Source: an uncultured Acidobacteriota bacterium
GTDB lineage: Bacteria; Acidobacteriota; Blastocatellia; RBC074
Assembly: GCA_963796275.1 (NCBI GenBank)
Contig: CAWCKY010000001.1
Coordinates: 992,001-1,056,000, forward strand
DNA length: 64,000 bases
Reading direction: 5' to 3'
Positions 20,957 to 32,682 of the stretch are shown here, piece after piece (position 1 is the stretch's first letter; each line of letters begins with the position of its first letter). The notes beneath the pieces are model-generated. The model worked only from the letters and a program-made list of their open reading frames with translations. It made no database searches and was not told the origin of the DNA. A program made the translations under genes and the position numbers.

Positions 20957-21673
20957 ATGAATTCAGAATTCGGCGAACTAGTTTCCCGATTGCACGCTAG
21001 CCAGGGACGAAATCTGGTCTCAGTCATCGTTTACGGTTCGGCGATCGTCGCGCCGGGCAATACCCCAAAATCCGACTATCATATTGTGATCGTCACCAGG
21101 CGGCTTTCAGCCACCGATCTCAGGCTGGCCCGTCCGATCGCCCAATGGTGGACCGCCGAGGGATATTCGCTGCCCGTCTTCTTCACAGCGGAAGAGTTCG
21201 ATGACTCGCTCGATGTCTATCCGATCGAGTTTCGGCATATGAAGCGAGCCTATCAGGTGCTCTACGGTCCGGACCTGCTCGCGGGCAAGGAAATTTCCAA
21301 TGAGAGTCTGCGATGGCAAACCGAACACGAACTGCGCGGAAAGCTTCTGCGTCTGCGCTCTCTTTACCTTCCCGCCAGTCTGTCCGCCCACGATCTGATG
21401 AGGCTAATGACACAGAGCGTGGTCACATTCGTGCATTTTATGCGCCCGGTGCTGCAGATGCTCGGAGAAGAGCCACCCCTTGGCCGCATGGCCACGGCGC
21501 TGCGCGTCGGGCAACGTTTAGAGATCGATATGGCTCCGGTAATGCGCGTTCTCCAACTGCGCGATGAACCCAAAGAATTGATGGATATCGAAGTCCATGA
21601 TCTTTTTGCAGGCTATCTGGACAGCCTCGACCGGGTCATCGGGGCTGTGGATAATATGTTAATTGATAATTGA
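20957..21673 (+). CDS. Nucleotidyltransferase-fold protein
   Basis: [14 protein letters not shown] Pol-beta-like motif; DVYPIEF. Confidence 0.75.
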   Translation: MNSEFGELVSRLHASQGRNLVSVIVYGSAIVAPGNTPKSDYHIVIVTRRLSATDLRLARPIAQWWTAEGYSLPVFFTAEEFDDSLDVYPIEFRHMKRAYQVLYGPDLLAGKEISNESLRWQTEHELRGKLLRLRSLYLPASLSAHDLMRLMTQSVVTFVHFMRPVLQMLGEEPPLGRMATALRVGQRLEIDMAPVMRVLQLRDEPKELMDIEVHDLFAGYLDSLDRVIGAVDNMLIDN

Positions 21674-21763
21674 TAATTGATAGTTACCTGTTGATGGCTG
21701 ATAGTTCGTAAACACTGTGGCAACAATTTATACGAACTATTATCAATTATCAATTATCAACTA
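21660..21763. repeat. Hairpin element with (TAATTGA)n arms and conserved 32-bp core
   Basis: Core TTCGTAAACACTGTGGCAACAATTTATACGAA (21705-21736); inverted near-copy at 25763-25794. Confidence 0.85.
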
Positions 21764-21872
21764 ATAGCAACCTCTCCCTGGTTGTTTCTACTTGTGCAAG
21801 AGTCAATCCAATCGATCGGAGAATCCGGCAGCTGGACCCGGCGTTGCTGGCACAATTGCAAAGGAGGAGACT

Positions 21873-22499
21873 ATGGGGAAAATTGCGCTAATTATCCTGG
21901 GTGTGATTGTTCTTGCCGCTCTATTTATCGGTGGCTGGGCAATAAACAGTTACAACACACTCAATGTGAAGCGCTTGGCGGTAGAAGAGACGTGGTCGGG
22001 GGTCGAAAACAATCTTCAGCGACGAGCTGACCTGATACCCAATCTGGTCGGTACAGTCAAAGGGATAGCCAACCTGGAGGAGAGCGTCCTCACCAAGATC
22101 GCTGACTCGCGCTCGAAGATTTTGTCGCAATCCACCACGCCTGAAGAGAAGATGGAAGCGAGCAACCAGATGACGGATGCAGCACGCCAGGCAGGGCTGA
22201 TACCGGGCGGAAGTGGCGGGATACTCGGTACCGGTGGAAGGTTCCTCTCGATCACAGAACAATATCCGCAGTTGAAATCCGATCAGAGCTTTCTTCGATT
22301 GCAGGACGAACTGGCCGGAACCGAGAATCGTCTCGCCGTGTCTCGTCGCGATTACAATACTGCGGTCACCGAGTACAACACGGGACGACAGAGGTTTCCT
22401 ACCGTTCTCCTGGCAGGTATGTTGGGCTTTCAGGATAAACCCTACTTCAAGGCTGAAGAAAGCGCACAGCAGGCGCCCAAGGTAGACTTCAGTAAATAA
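21873..22499 (+). CDS. lemA: LemA family protein
   Basis: N-terminal [34 protein letters not shown]; AAGGAGG RBS. Confidence 0.95.
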   Translation: MGKIALIILGVIVLAALFIGGWAINSYNTLNVKRLAVEETWSGVENNLQRRADLIPNLVGTVKGIANLEESVLTKIADSRSKILSQSTTPEEKMEASNQMTDAARQAGLIPGGSGGILGTGGRFLSITEQYPQLKSDQSFLRLQDELAGTENRLAVSRRDYNTAVTEYNTGRQRFPTVLLAGMLGFQDKPYFKAEESAQQAPKVDFSK

Positions 22500-22507
22500 G
22501 AAGACCA

Positions 22508-22598
22508 GAGCATTGTTAATTGTTCATTGTTAATTTTACATTTAACATTTTCCTTCAATGACAAATGTAAAATTAACTATGAACAATTAACAATGCTC
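22508..22598. terminator. Long AT-rich inverted repeat between convergent genes (probable bidirectional terminator)
   Basis: GAGCATTGTTAATTGTTCAT...ATGAACAATTAACAATGCTC. Confidence 0.75.
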
Positions 22599-22607
22599 CC
22601 TGCTTTT

Positions 22608-25600
22608 CTAGGTGGTGAGGCGCCGATAAATCCCCGGCAGTCGCTCCGGCAGGCTCATTACGTCGTCGATGATCGTATAACCCACCTCGCCGTAGAGGTC
22701 CTTCAGTTCAGCCTCGGATTCACGATCGATCGTGATACAGAATGGAGTCATGCCCAGGACTTTCGCGTGGCGCAGGGCCATCTTGGTGTCTTCGCGCGCG
22801 TAGCGCGAATCGCCGTAATCGTGGTCGTAGGGCCGCCCGTCGCTGAGCACTATCAGTAGCTTGGTACGGGCATCCTGCTTCTCCAGCTCCGCGGCCGCAT
22901 GGCGGATGGCCGCGCCCAATCGGGTGTTGTTGTGATAGGTGATGCCGCCGATCCTTTTTTCAACCTCGGCTGAATATTTCTCGCCGAAGCGTTTGATCGT
23001 GAAATACTTGACGTTCCGGCGCCCTTCGCTCGTGAATCCGGAAATCGAATAGGCATCGCCGACGGCTTCGAGCGCTTCGCTCATCAGCACCAGTCCCTGT
23101 TTCTCAATGTCGATGATTTTTTGTCCCGGCCGCGTGTAGGGCTGATTTGGGTGGCGCGTGATAGTGCGCGCAGTCGAGGAAGACATATCCAGCAGAAACG
23201 AAACCGCGACATCGCGCTCGCGCCGGATGCGCCGGATATAGAGGCGATCCGAAGGCCGGCCGTTCGTCTTCTTATCGACGTGATGATCGATCACCGCCTG
23301 CAGGTCGTAATCTTCGCCGTCCAGCTCGCCCTTCACCTTACGCAGTGATTCGGGTTTGAGCATCTGAAATTGATAGCGGATCGATGAGATGATTCCTGAA
23401 TACCGCGCCCGCACCTGCTCGACAAAATCACTATGTCCTTTGCGGTTTTCGCGCTGGATGACGCGGCACCATTTCGCGCGATGATCGCCCAGCTCGCGGT
23501 CCCACTCATCATAGAAAAATGCTTCATCGCCTTCTGCCAGTTCCTGCTCGCTCGTTTCGGCGTTCATCAGGTCATTGAGCAAGTCGGAATCGGTGGGAGC
23601 GCTCTCTTCTTCTACATTCGTCCATTGGTTGAAGAGCTCCGGCCGCCTTTGCTGGACGGGCATCGGACGCTCCTGCCCGCTCTCGTTCTCCCTGTTATCT
23701 TCGCTCTCTTCCTCTTTCTCCTCCTCGTCTTCGGACTTCCGGCTCTCGGACTCCTGTTGGCTCTTGACGCCCTCGAGCAGTTGGTAAACACGGAAAGTCG
23801 CGATCATCGTATCGCCTACTGCCGCGTCGTCGCGCCGCAGATATTCCGCCACGATCTGCTCGAATTGAAGAATCATTTCGGCATACGCGCGGCGAGCATT
23901 CTCATCGATCACGCCGTTGCAGAGCGTGATCTGGAAGAGCATTTCGTAAATCGCCTGTTCGGCGGTCAGTTCGCCGATCGGCGGTCGGCGGACGACCAGC
24001 CGCGCGCGGACGAAGTCAAGGTCGCGCCGAATGCCGCGATAGGTACTCCGCAAACGCCAATCGATGCGGCCGTTCTCCAGTGTAGTGAATATACGCGTAG
24101 CGAGAATGGGGTTCGGGAACCGGGAGAGCACGGTCTTATAATCGGCATTCTCGATCGCCCCAGAGTCGAGCTCGGGTCGGGGGCGTAATCCCAGATGCTC
24201 GGCATTTGAATACTGTATGTACTCTTTGTCACCGAGGTCTTCCTTATTTCTCCCTCTCTCTCCGAAATAGGAATCGATCTCTCTCAGTGCAGCCCGGATA
24301 TCCGGCGTTCCCGCCGCTCGCGTGCCGAATTCGACCTGGCCCGATGCGTGCGCGGCCAGCGCCTTGTAGAGTTTGAAATCCTCCTCGGGAGAACCGAACT
24401 CGGCGATCATGGCGGGCAATAGAATCGTCTGCCCATCATTGATCTTCGATTCCTCGGGAATAGAGCCCAATGGAGCGATCACCATCTCCCGGCCGGTCAA
24501 ACCTTCGACGTATAACCTGAGCAGGTGCGCTACTGATTCGAGTGCAATGCCGTCGTGCGCGCAGCGCAGCGAATCCTGGCTGGTCTTCGATTCGAGCGCG
24601 TAATACGCCTGCGCTTTGCGCCGGTCCAGTCGGTGCAGGTCGGCGCCATCGCGGGCCCACGCCTGGAATTGATCGAGCGAAGCCGAAGCGAGCGCTTTGG
24701 GAGAACTCTTGAAGCATTCGAGTGCTATGTAGACATTGCGTGACGCGAGTTCCTCCACCACGTCGAGGATTGCGTCGACGCAATCGGCGACTCGTTTGCG
24801 TTGCGTGACGCTGAGCGTGGCAAGGACTTTCGGTGTGAGCTTGAGGAAATCGTATACGATGGCATTGCCCTCGTCGGCGACCTGACGCGTGACGCGATGC
24901 CATTTCTCGAAACTCTCTGTCCCTCCGACTTCGATCACCGAACGAGCGGAACGGAAGTATTGCAATGCCGTCGCGCCCCCGCGTTCGAGAAAAACGGCCG
25001 TCTGCCGGCAGAGTTTGACGATATCGGCGGGTTCCTGCACATAGGACAAGCCCTCGCCGACAGCGGTCAAAAACTCCGCAGCTGTAGCGCCCGTGCGCTG
25101 AGCGAAGCTTTCCGCGAGATTTAAGATCGCCTCGATAGGTGATCCGTCGGCGCCGTCCTTGAAACTGCGCAAAGCCGCGAGCGCGCGTGGAGCCGCGTTC
25201 AGGACTTCCGTGCTGTGCTTGACCGAACGATGGGCTACTTCTACGGCGATGCCGAACATCCGCGCCGCAGATCGCTCATCGCCCATCGATGAGGCGCTGC
25301 GCGGCGCGCCGCGAAAAGTCGCCAGCGCAGCGGTCGGCGAGAGGACGATCTGTTTCGCGCAGAGGGCGATCAGCAGAGTTCGCACGGTCATCGGCAAAAC
25401 CGCGAGCGTATCGATCGAATAGCGGAAAAAATCGCTCGCCTCCTCCGCGCTGTTGAGCGCAATGCGCCGCCCCAGTTCTGCCCACGCGCGCAGATCGCCA
25501 TTTTCCAACAGCTTCGCCACGTCAGGCACGGACTTGAAGAAGTCCATCGCGACCTTCGGCGAGACGCCGACGAGCGATGCCCCGATATCAACCGTCACCC

Positions 25601-25709
25601 ACCCGCGCTCGTTCGGTTTCATCCCCATCTTCATCGCGAGCGATTCGACCGTGTTCCGCGTCAAACCTTTCAGCAATGAGCTAGTCAGTCCTTTGCGTTC
25701 TTCAGACAT
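22608..25709 (-). CDS. CbbO/NorD-like VWA-domain chaperone adaptor with long helical N-terminal extension
   Basis: [36 protein letters not shown]; start set at MSEERK because the upstream ORF part is translated repeat. Confidence 0.9.
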   Translation of the reverse strand: MSEERKGLTSSLLKGLTRNTVESLAMKMGMKPNERGWVTVDIGASLVGVSPKVAMDFFKSVPDVAKLLENGDLRAWAELGRRIALNSAEEASDFFRYSIDTLAVLPMTVRTLLIALCAKQIVLSPTAALATFRGAPRSASSMGDERSAARMFGIAVEVAHRSVKHSTEVLNAAPRALAALRSFKDGADGSPIEAILNLAESFAQRTGATAAEFLTAVGEGLSYVQEPADIVKLCRQTAVFLERGGATALQYFRSARSVIEVGGTESFEKWHRVTRQVADEGNAIVYDFLKLTPKVLATLSVTQRKRVADCVDAILDVVEELASRNVYIALECFKSSPKALASASLDQFQAWARDGADLHRLDRRKAQAYYALESKTSQDSLRCAHDGIALESVAHLLRLYVEGLTGREMVIAPLGSIPEESKINDGQTILLPAMIAEFGSPEEDFKLYKALAAHASGQVEFGTRAAGTPDIRAALREIDSYFGERGRNKEDLGDKEYIQYSNAEHLGLRPRPELDSGAIENADYKTVLSRFPNPILATRIFTTLENGRIDWRLRSTYRGIRRDLDFVRARLVVRRPPIGELTAEQAIYEMLFQITLCNGVIDENARRAYAEMILQFEQIVAEYLRRDDAAVGDTMIATFRVYQLLEGVKSQQESESRKSEDEEEKEEESEDNRENESGQERPMPVQQRRPELFNQWTNVEEESAPTDSDLLNDLMNAETSEQELAEGDEAFFYDEWDRELGDHRAKWCRVIQRENRKGHSDFVEQVRARYSGIISSIRYQFQMLKPESLRKVKGELDGEDYDLQAVIDHHVDKKTNGRPSDRLYIRRIRRERDVAVSFLLDMSSSTARTITRHPNQPYTRPGQKIIDIEKQGLVLMSEALEAVGDAYSISGFTSEGRRNVKYFTIKRFGEKYSAEVEKRIGGITYHNNTRLGAAIRHAAAELEKQDARTKLLIVLSDGRPYDHDYGDSRYAREDTKMALRHAKVLGMTPFCITIDRESEAELKDLYGEVGYTIIDDVMSLPERLPGIYRRLTT

Positions 25710-25714
25710 AAGAA

Positions 25715-25830
25715 GATAATGGATAATGGATAATGGATAATAGATAAAATGATAATTGATAATTCGTATAAATTGTTGCCACAGGGTATACGAATTATCA
25801 TTATCCATTATCCATTATCAATTATCCATT
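25715..25830. repeat. Hairpin element with (GATAATG/T)n arms and conserved 32-bp core (inverted relative to 21660)
   Basis: Core TTCGTATAAATTGTTGCCACAGGGTATACGAA, 2 mismatches to the reverse complement of 21705-21736. Confidence 0.85.
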
Positions 25831-25832
25831 CC

Positions 25833-26675
25833 CTATATCACCGTAGTCACTATCTCACGGATACTTTTTTGCAATTCAATATCGTCGGTGATGGGGCTGG
25901 CGATCGCAATTTCACAAGAAGTTACCGGGTCTACGCCACGAGATATCATTTGAGCCGCGTATACGAGAAGGCGTGTCGATACGCCTTCCTCAAGGCCGTG
26001 GCCTTTCAGGTTGCGTACCTTCTCTCCGATTTTCACCAGGTCACGAGCCGTGGCGATGTTAACTCCACCCTCATGAGCCACTATCTGTACCTCCGCTTCA
26101 ACCGGCGGATAATCGAATTCGATCGAGAGAAACCGTTGTCGGGTCGATTGTTTAAGGTCCTTTAACACACTCTGATAACCCGGGTTGTAGGAGATAACGA
26201 GCATGAATTCTTCGGGGGCATTGAGCAGGACGCCGATTTTTTCGACGGGTAATATTCGGCGGTCGTCGGTCAACGGGTGAATGAGGACGATCGTGTCTTT
26301 GCGCGCTTCCACGACCTCATCGAGATAACAGATGGCGCCATGGCGCACTGCGGTAGTCAGAGGTCCATCGTGCCACACCGTATCATCGCCTTCGAGAAGG
26401 AAGCGGCCGACCAGGTCGGTCGCCGAGAGGTCTTCGTGACAGGCGACCGTGATCAACGGCCTCCCCAGACGATAAGCCATGGCTTCTACGAACCTGGTTT
26501 TACCGCACCCGGTTGGGCCTTTGAGCATTACCGGCAGCTTCGCCTTGTATGCGGTTTCGTAGATCGAGACCTCGTCCTTGACGCTCAGGTAATAAGGCTC
26601 CCGCGTGATGCGGTACTTTTCGATTGTGTGTTCTCTTGGAGAAGCGGTATTGGTTATGCTCTGTATCGTTGTCAT
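25833..26675 (-). CDS. CbbQ/NirQ/NorQ family MoxR AAA+ ATPase
   Basis: [51 protein letters not shown]. Confidence 0.95.
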   Translation of the reverse strand: MTTIQSITNTASPREHTIEKYRITREPYYLSVKDEVSIYETAYKAKLPVMLKGPTGCGKTRFVEAMAYRLGRPLITVACHEDLSATDLVGRFLLEGDDTVWHDGPLTTAVRHGAICYLDEVVEARKDTIVLIHPLTDDRRILPVEKIGVLLNAPEEFMLVISYNPGYQSVLKDLKQSTRQRFLSIEFDYPPVEAEVQIVAHEGGVNIATARDLVKIGEKVRNLKGHGLEEGVSTRLLVYAAQMISRGVDPVTSCEIAIASPITDDIELQKSIREIVTTVI

Positions 26676-26787
26676 TTGTTCATCCTGCTCTGGTTAGCCA
26701 TTCCGTGTTAAGATTGGTCCTACATCTTAACATTGCGGAAGTTCAGTTTCGAGTTTAAAGCTATAAGCTCCTTTTAAGATTAAGAAT

Positions 26788-27883
26788 ATGATCGCAGTTG
26801 CTTTAAGCGGCGGGGTCGACAGTTCGACGGCAGCCGCACTTCTAAAGGGTCAGGGACACGAGCTGGTCGGTTTCTCGATGCAGCTATGGAATCAAAGGCG
26901 CATCAACGTCGGGCCGGACGGGGAACCTCTGCCATCGCGTTGCTGTTCACTTGATGACCTATACGATGCCCGCACAGTCGCAGTCAAGCTCGGCTTTCCA
27001 TTCTACGTCGTCAACCTCGAAAACGAGTTCGAGCGCGACGTCGTACGCCCATTCGTCAAGAGCTATCTCAACGGCCTGACGCCGAGCCCATGTGTGGCCT
27101 GCAATTCGTTTCTCAAGTTCGACAAGCTGGTCGAGCTGGCCAAAAATGTCGATGCGGAGAAGGTCGCAACAGGCCATTATGCGCGCGTCGCCTATGACGA
27201 AACGCGCGGGCGATGGATGCTTCTGCGCTCCGTAAACAGGGCGAAAGACCAGTCCTATTTTCTCTTTGAATTGACTCAGGAACAATTGAGTTATGCGCTC
27301 TTCCCGTTAGGCGAGATGAGCAAGCAGCAGGTGCGTGAAATCGCGGAGGCCGCGGGATTGCCGACTGCGCAGAAGCCGGAAAGTCAGGAAATCTGCTTCA
27401 TCCCGGACGGCAACTACTCGCGCTTCATCGAGAGGTACCTTGAAGAGGAGAAAACGGCAACCGCGTTGACATCGGGGGAAATCGTCTCGACCTCAGGTGA
27501 GGTGATAGGAACTCATGCCCGGAATCCACCGCTACACCGTTGGACAGCGTAAGGGCTTGGGGATATCCGCTCCCCAACCGATCTATGTCGTGCAGATCGA
27601 TGCCGAAAAAAACCGCGTCGTCGTCGGAAATAGCGATGACCTGTTGAAGCGAGAGATGGTTGTCCGGCGCGTCAATTGGATAGCGATTGATGATTTGCCG
27701 GCGCCCTTACGCGTGACTGTCAAAATCCGCTCGCGCGCCGAAGAATCTCCGGCAACTCTGACAAAAAATGAGGATGGTTCCGTGTCGGTTGGTTTCGACG
27801 AGGCACAGCGAGCCGTGACGCCAGGGCAGGCAGCCGTGTTTTATGACGGCGATCTGGTAGTAGGTGGCGGGTGGATAGTCTGA
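26788..27883 (+). CDS. mnmA: tRNA 2-thiouridylase MnmA (1-nt frameshift at ~27519, probably an assembly error)
   Basis: SGGVDS, PCVACN, ATGHY, KDQSYFL, ESQEICF; then YTVGQRKGL and TPGQAAVFY in the next frame. Confidence 0.95.
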
Positions 27884-27981
27884 GAAAGCTCCGGCGATGA
27901 GCATGGCATCGGGCGCCGAGGCCGCCAGGTTTCTTCCGATGCAAAAAAGTGCGCGAGGCCGCGCGCACCAGAGAGGATCTT

Positions 27982-28401
27982 ATGAAACTCATAACCGATT
28001 TGATCTCGCTCTCAACCCGCGGCGACACGGATATCATCGACATCACCCCCCGGGTCTCCTCGATGCTGCGCGAATATAAATTCACGCACGGCCAGGCTCT
28101 GGTCTTCGTCTCCGGTTCAACTGCGGGTATAACCACGATCGAGTACGAGCCCGGTCTTCTCAAAGATATCCCCGCCGCATTTGAAAAGCTCGCGCCCCGA
28201 AATGCCCACTATTACCACGAAGAGACGTGGCACGACGGCAACGGTCATTCGCACGTGCGCGCCGCCATGCTCGGTTGCTCATTGACCGTCCCATTCCGTG
28301 ACGGCAAGCTGCTGCTCGGATCATGGCAACAGATCGTTCTGATTGATTTCGATAACCGTCCCCGCAATCGTGATGTGGTGGTGCAGATGACGGGTGAATA
28401 A
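27982..28401 (+). CDS. yjbQ: YjbQ (UPF0047) family protein
   Basis: STAGITTIEYE, DGNGHSH, LLLGSWQQI..DFD. Confidence 0.92.
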   Translation: MKLITDLISLSTRGDTDIIDITPRVSSMLREYKFTHGQALVFVSGSTAGITTIEYEPGLLKDIPAAFEKLAPRNAHYYHEETWHDGNGHSHVRAAMLGCSLTVPFRDGKLLLGSWQQIVLIDFDNRPRNRDVVVQMTGE

Positions 28402-28423
28402 TTGATAATTGATAATTGATAGT
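28399..28423. repeat. Solo (TAATTGA)n arm
   Basis: TAATTGATAATTGATAATTGATAGT identical to the left arm at 21660; overlaps the yjbQ stop. Confidence 0.75.
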
Positions 28424-28749
28424 GCACACGCTACGAACATATGGACATCAACGGGGAATTTCGCGGTTCTGAGTCGTTTTGGTGAACATAAAAACAAGTC
28501 GAATCACTGAAACGAGCGTCGGCAACCGAATACCTTCAAGCCCTGACTCAGGCCATCTTCTCGAACAATTTTGGTTTTTGGTTTAGAACGAGACTATTTC
28601 TTTCGGCTCTTATTTTTTCTTCCAACCATTTGCGGCCGCACGCCCGCTTTTAGTGATTAACCTGTTTTATGCAGTGGTTGCAAATAGTAGTGGTTGCAAA
28701 TACAGGCTAGATTGTGTTTCGGTTCGCGGATATTCAATGCTACTACCCC

Positions 28750-28857
<108 letters not shown>

Positions 28858-28869
28858 TCAGCCTTCATC

Positions 28870-29353
28870 GTCCCTAGGCAGAGGCAACGATCGAGTTGAG
28901 TTGTATTACTTCGGCCGCGCCCACACAGATTGCGACATATGGGTCGTTTTTCCAGCGCTGCGCATATTGCACACCGGCGATGTGTTTGCCGTCAAGGCCA
29001 TTCCGCTCATAGACGCCAACAATGGCGGCAGCGGAGTCGAATACCCGCGAACGATTGCTAAGGCCGCCGCCCTGCCGAAAATCGATACTGTCATCACGGG
29101 GCACAATAAGACGGCGCTAACTATTGACGACCTGAAGCTGTACGCGGACTTCAACCGCGAGTTCGTGCAGGTAGTGCAGGCGGCCAAGAAAGCCGGCCTT
29201 ACAATCAATGACGTGGTGAACAGTTGGAAAGTACCGGAGCGGTTCCTGAAGGGCGGGTACATGACTCCGGACGAATATCAGCGGCTAGCGGGACTGTCGA
29301 TGTCAGCACGCCTGCGGGCGAATGTCGAAGTGATCTGGAACGAGACGAAGTAG
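28870..29353 (+). pseudogene. 3' remnant of an MBL-fold metallo-hydrolase (cyclase-like)
   Basis: GRAHTDCD, LHTGD, VITGH present but N-terminal HxHxDH half missing; REP pair sits at the break. Confidence 0.75.
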
Positions 29354-29487
29354 CTAGCCGTATCTTTTGGCGCAATGGAACGGGACTCTCAATGTGGCAT
29401 TATGATCAATTGCTGTTAAGGATTGTTCTCCTTCGCCAACTTTATGTGAATTTTTGCCACAGTGGTTGCAGATTCATCTGTAAAATA

Positions 29488-31038
29488 TCATTCATAACGA
29501 AGAGCTTTGATCGGATCGACGCGGGCGGCGGAGAGTGCCGGATATATCGCCGCGAGCAGACTCACCAGCACCGCGAATGTTATGGCGCCGGCGATCAAAT
29601 ACCACGGAATATTGAAAAACTCGATGTGCCTGATTGCCCGCCCTACCTGCTGGGTCACATATCGGTTGGCCCACGCATTCAAGAGGCGGTCGGTACCCCA
29701 GCCGGAGATGACTCCGAGTATCCCGCCCGTCAATCCGATGAGGATTGCCTCGACGAAAAAAACCCGCATTATTTCGCCATTCGAACCGCCGATCGACTTC
29801 ATAATGCCGATTTCGCGCGTCCGCTCGCGGATCGACATGATCATCGTATTCGAGATGCCGAAAGATGCCACCAGCAGCGCTATGCCGCCGATCAATGCGA
29901 GTGTCGCATTGACTATCATGAATATACGCCTGATATCTTCTATCTGATTGCCGAATTTCCTGAAGGCGAAGCCACGATTTTTTATCTCGTTCTCCACCGC
30001 TTCTACCTGCGAGACGTCGCTGACACGCACTTCGGCGCTCTGGTATCCGGTATCACCGGCGAGCACCTCGCCCAAACGTTCCATGGGATTGCGATTGGCT
30101 TCTCGATACTCTCGGGCTTGTCCGAGCGGGATGAACATATCCGAATAGAGAAAATTGTTGATATCGAACCCCTCCTGGGTCTTCAATACGCCGACGATTC
30201 GATACACCCGCCGTTCGAATCCCTCAACCGTCGCATCGATGGGCTTAGGTGGGGAATTCTCGGAAACGCGAGCGAGATCAGGGATTAAAGGAATACCGAA
30301 GACGCTGGTCGGGGCTGATACCTTCTCGGGAACGGTTAATAAGACGAGTTCTTTGCCGATAACTTCTTCGGCGGCTTTTTGTCGCCTCTCATCTGGTTTG
30401 CTCGGAGAGTGATTCTGGAATGGCACCTTGGGCCGGCGGCGACGGTCGAAGGCTTCCGATGGCTTCTTTCTCACCCAGGAGATGAATCGTTCGGTGACTA
30501 CCGCTTCTTGAGCTTCTTCGCCGGAAATATGGCGGCCCGCCAGAAAATTTTTGAAACGGGGATTGTATTCGATTGAAATCGGCGCCCCTCCGATGATGGC
30601 ATGTCGCGTTCTCCCCTCGTATTGTACGAAATTGCCGAAAGTGAAATTAGGGACCGCGTACCTGACGCCTTCGATGCCCTGCAGTTCGGTTATTGCGGCA
30701 TCATCGAGCAGCCGTGTCGCGATGGGCGTCGGCGCCGGTAAGGCATTTCCATCGGAGGCGGGGGCCGGATCGCCGCCTCCGCCTGAATCTTCGGCAGCGT
30801 TCAATTCGCTCATCGCCAGCAAGGCATCCACTCCTGGCCCCGTCACCCAGATCTGCGTAAATAGATCGATCCGCCCCAGCGCATCCTTCAGTAGATTGTT
30901 CTGCAGGCCGATACCTAGGCTGACCATCGTTATGATGGCCGCGACCCCGACGACGACGCCGGTAACGGTGAGCGCTGTCCGCAACTTGGATTGGCGAAGG
31001 TTGCGCCACGCGAGAGCGATGATATCGAAAAAATTCAT
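29488..31038 (-). CDS. ABC transporter permease, MacB/FtsX family
   Basis: RTALTVTGVVVG, ERTREIGIMKSIG, PA..AARVDPIKALRYE. Confidence 0.93.
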   Translation of the reverse strand: MNFFDIIALAWRNLRQSKLRTALTVTGVVVGVAAIITMVSLGIGLQNNLLKDALGRIDLFTQIWVTGPGVDALLAMSELNAAEDSGGGGDPAPASDGNALPAPTPIATRLLDDAAITELQGIEGVRYAVPNFTFGNFVQYEGRTRHAIIGGAPISIEYNPRFKNFLAGRHISGEEAQEAVVTERFISWVRKKPSEAFDRRRRPKVPFQNHSPSKPDERRQKAAEEVIGKELVLLTVPEKVSAPTSVFGIPLIPDLARVSENSPPKPIDATVEGFERRVYRIVGVLKTQEGFDINNFLYSDMFIPLGQAREYREANRNPMERLGEVLAGDTGYQSAEVRVSDVSQVEAVENEIKNRGFAFRKFGNQIEDIRRIFMIVNATLALIGGIALLVASFGISNTMIMSIRERTREIGIMKSIGGSNGEIMRVFFVEAILIGLTGGILGVISGWGTDRLLNAWANRYVTQQVGRAIRHIEFFNIPWYLIAGAITFAVLVSLLAAIYPALSAARVDPIKALRYE

Positions 31039-31040
31039 AG

Positions 31041-31718
31041 TCAGCCTTCGATTACCTTGCCGTCTTTAAGCCGAATGATGTTCGTGGCGTATTTGCCCGC
31101 CAGTTCGCGGTCGTGAGTGACCATTACGATTGTCTTGCCATCGCGCTTACGCATATCGTCGAGCAGGCTGATGACCTCAGCCGCGCGATTGCTGTCGAGG
31201 TTCCCCGTAGGTTCATCGGCGAGGAGCACCTGGGGCTCATTAGCGATGGCTCGCGCAATGGCAACGCGTTGCTGCTCGCCTCCCGAAAGTTCGGATGGGC
31301 GATGATCGGCGCGTTGCGTCAACCCCACCCGCTCGAGCAATTCAGACGATCGCTTTCGCCGGTCGCCCTTGCTCAGCCCGGCGAAGGCGAGGGCGAGTGA
31401 AACATTTTCGCGCGCCGTCATCGTCGGCACGAGATTGAAGCTCTGGAAGATCATTCCTACCCGGCGCAACCGGTAACGCGACATCTCCCAAGCCGAGAGG
31501 GGCGCCAGACTCTGGCCATCGAACAATATCTCGCCCGTTGATGGACGATCGAGTCCACCAAACAAATTCAACAATGTCGATTTGCCGCATCCGCTCGTGC
31601 CGAGGATTGCGACGAACTCCCCGCGTTGTATCTTGACTGTGATGTCGGAAAGCGCGCATACGGTTTCTGCTTTCATCCGATATTCGCGCGTCACATTGTT
31701 GGCCTCGAGAATTCCCAT
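31041..31718 (-). CDS. ABC transporter ATP-binding protein (LolD/MacB-like)
   Basis: [27 protein letters not shown]. Confidence 0.95.
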   Translation of the reverse strand: MGILEANNVTREYRMKAETVCALSDITVKIQRGEFVAILGTSGCGKSTLLNLFGGLDRPSTGEILFDGQSLAPLSAWEMSRYRLRRVGMIFQSFNLVPTMTARENVSLALAFAGLSKGDRRKRSSELLERVGLTQRADHRPSELSGGEQQRVAIARAIANEPQVLLADEPTGNLDSNRAAEVISLLDDMRKRDGKTIVMVTHDRELAGKYATNIIRLKDGKVIEG

Positions 31719-31727
31719 AATTCAGAC

Positions 31728-31943
31728 TCATCTGCGCAGCAACCAGAAGATCAGCGTGACCAGGGCGCTCAGCAGCAACATCGTCATGAGCGGGATGTAA
31801 ATTCGCACGCTCCCGCTGCTGTTCGTCCAACTGAAATCGCCCGGCAATCGTCCCAACCGTAGCCAGGGTACTCGCTCGCCCAGCAGGAACAGGGCTCCGA
31901 TGATGATCAGAACTACTCCGCATAGGATCAGTAGTTTGCCCAT
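31728..31943 (-). CDS. DUF2905 small membrane protein
   Basis: LGRLPGD between two TM helices. Confidence 0.85.
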   Translation of the reverse strand: MGKLLILCGVVLIIIGALFLLGERVPWLRLGRLPGDFSWTNSSGSVRIYIPLMTMLLLSALVTLIFWLLRR

Positions 31944-31974
31944 CTTAATCCAGAACCTTTCTTCCAGCTACCCG

Positions 31975-32025
31975 TGCCCCAATGCCTCGTTGCCCCAATG
32001 CCCCGTTGCCCCGTTGCCCCGTTGC
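31975..32025. repeat. Octamer tandem repeat (TGCCCCGT/TGCCCCAA)
   Basis: About six degenerate copies between ndk and DUF2905. Confidence 0.7.
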
Positions 32026-32052
32026 TGTCTCCCGGTTTTTCCTATCCAGGAA

Positions 32053-32478
32053 TTAGCAAAACTCTGTAGCGTTGAAAAAGTAGCTCAATTCTATTCTGGC
32101 ATTTTCGGGTGAGTCAGAGCCGTGCGTGGCGTTCTCCTGTACATTCGCGCCGAAATCTCCGCGGATCGTCCCTTTGGGAGCTTTGGTCGAATCGGTCGGT
32201 CCCATCAGGTCCCGCCAGGCTTGCACCGCATTCTCTCGCTCGAGTGCGAGAAGAACGCTCGGCCCGCTCGTCATAAAGAGCACCAGTTCACCGAAGAATG
32301 GGCGCTCGCGGTGAACGGCATAGAAGCCCTCAGCCACTGGCTTCGTCATATGAAGCATCTTCATCGCGCGAACCTTGAACCCGTTATCGGTGATGCGCTG
32401 GATTATATTCCCGATGTTCCCCGCGCGCACCGCGTCCGGCTTGATCATCGCGAAAGTCATTTTGGGTGTGTCTGACAT
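32053..32478 (-). CDS. ndk: Nucleoside diphosphate kinase
   Basis: IKPDAV, GTIRGDFG, NATHGSDS. Confidence 0.98.
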   Translation of the reverse strand: MSDTPKMTFAMIKPDAVRAGNIGNIIQRITDNGFKVRAMKMLHMTKPVAEGFYAVHRERPFFGELVLFMTSGPSVLLALERENAVQAWRDLMGPTDSTKAPKGTIRGDFGANVQENATHGSDSPENARIELSYFFNATEFC

Positions 32479-32682
32479 AGTTATTCCAGAATGAATTGAT
32501 CCTTAAGAAGAATAAAGGAGGATATAGCTCCAGATCATAGCAATTCTATTTTCTTGCCGCAATCAGCATTACTATGGAAAAGAAGAGGGTGAAGCTGAGG
32601 AATGCTTCATAACGCGTGGTCGACGATATCTACTACGAGCGCACGCGCTCATAGTAGATATCGAAGGTTACTGCGGTACCGA

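Noticed and set aside
25710-25808. N-terminal extension of the VWA protein (MDNDNSY...IIHY)
   Set aside because: It is the translation of the heptamer-repeat element; the same applies to the 45177-45284 extension of the kinase
22608-26675. Evidence for carbon fixation or denitrification
   Set aside because: No Rubisco, PRK or nor structural genes in the window
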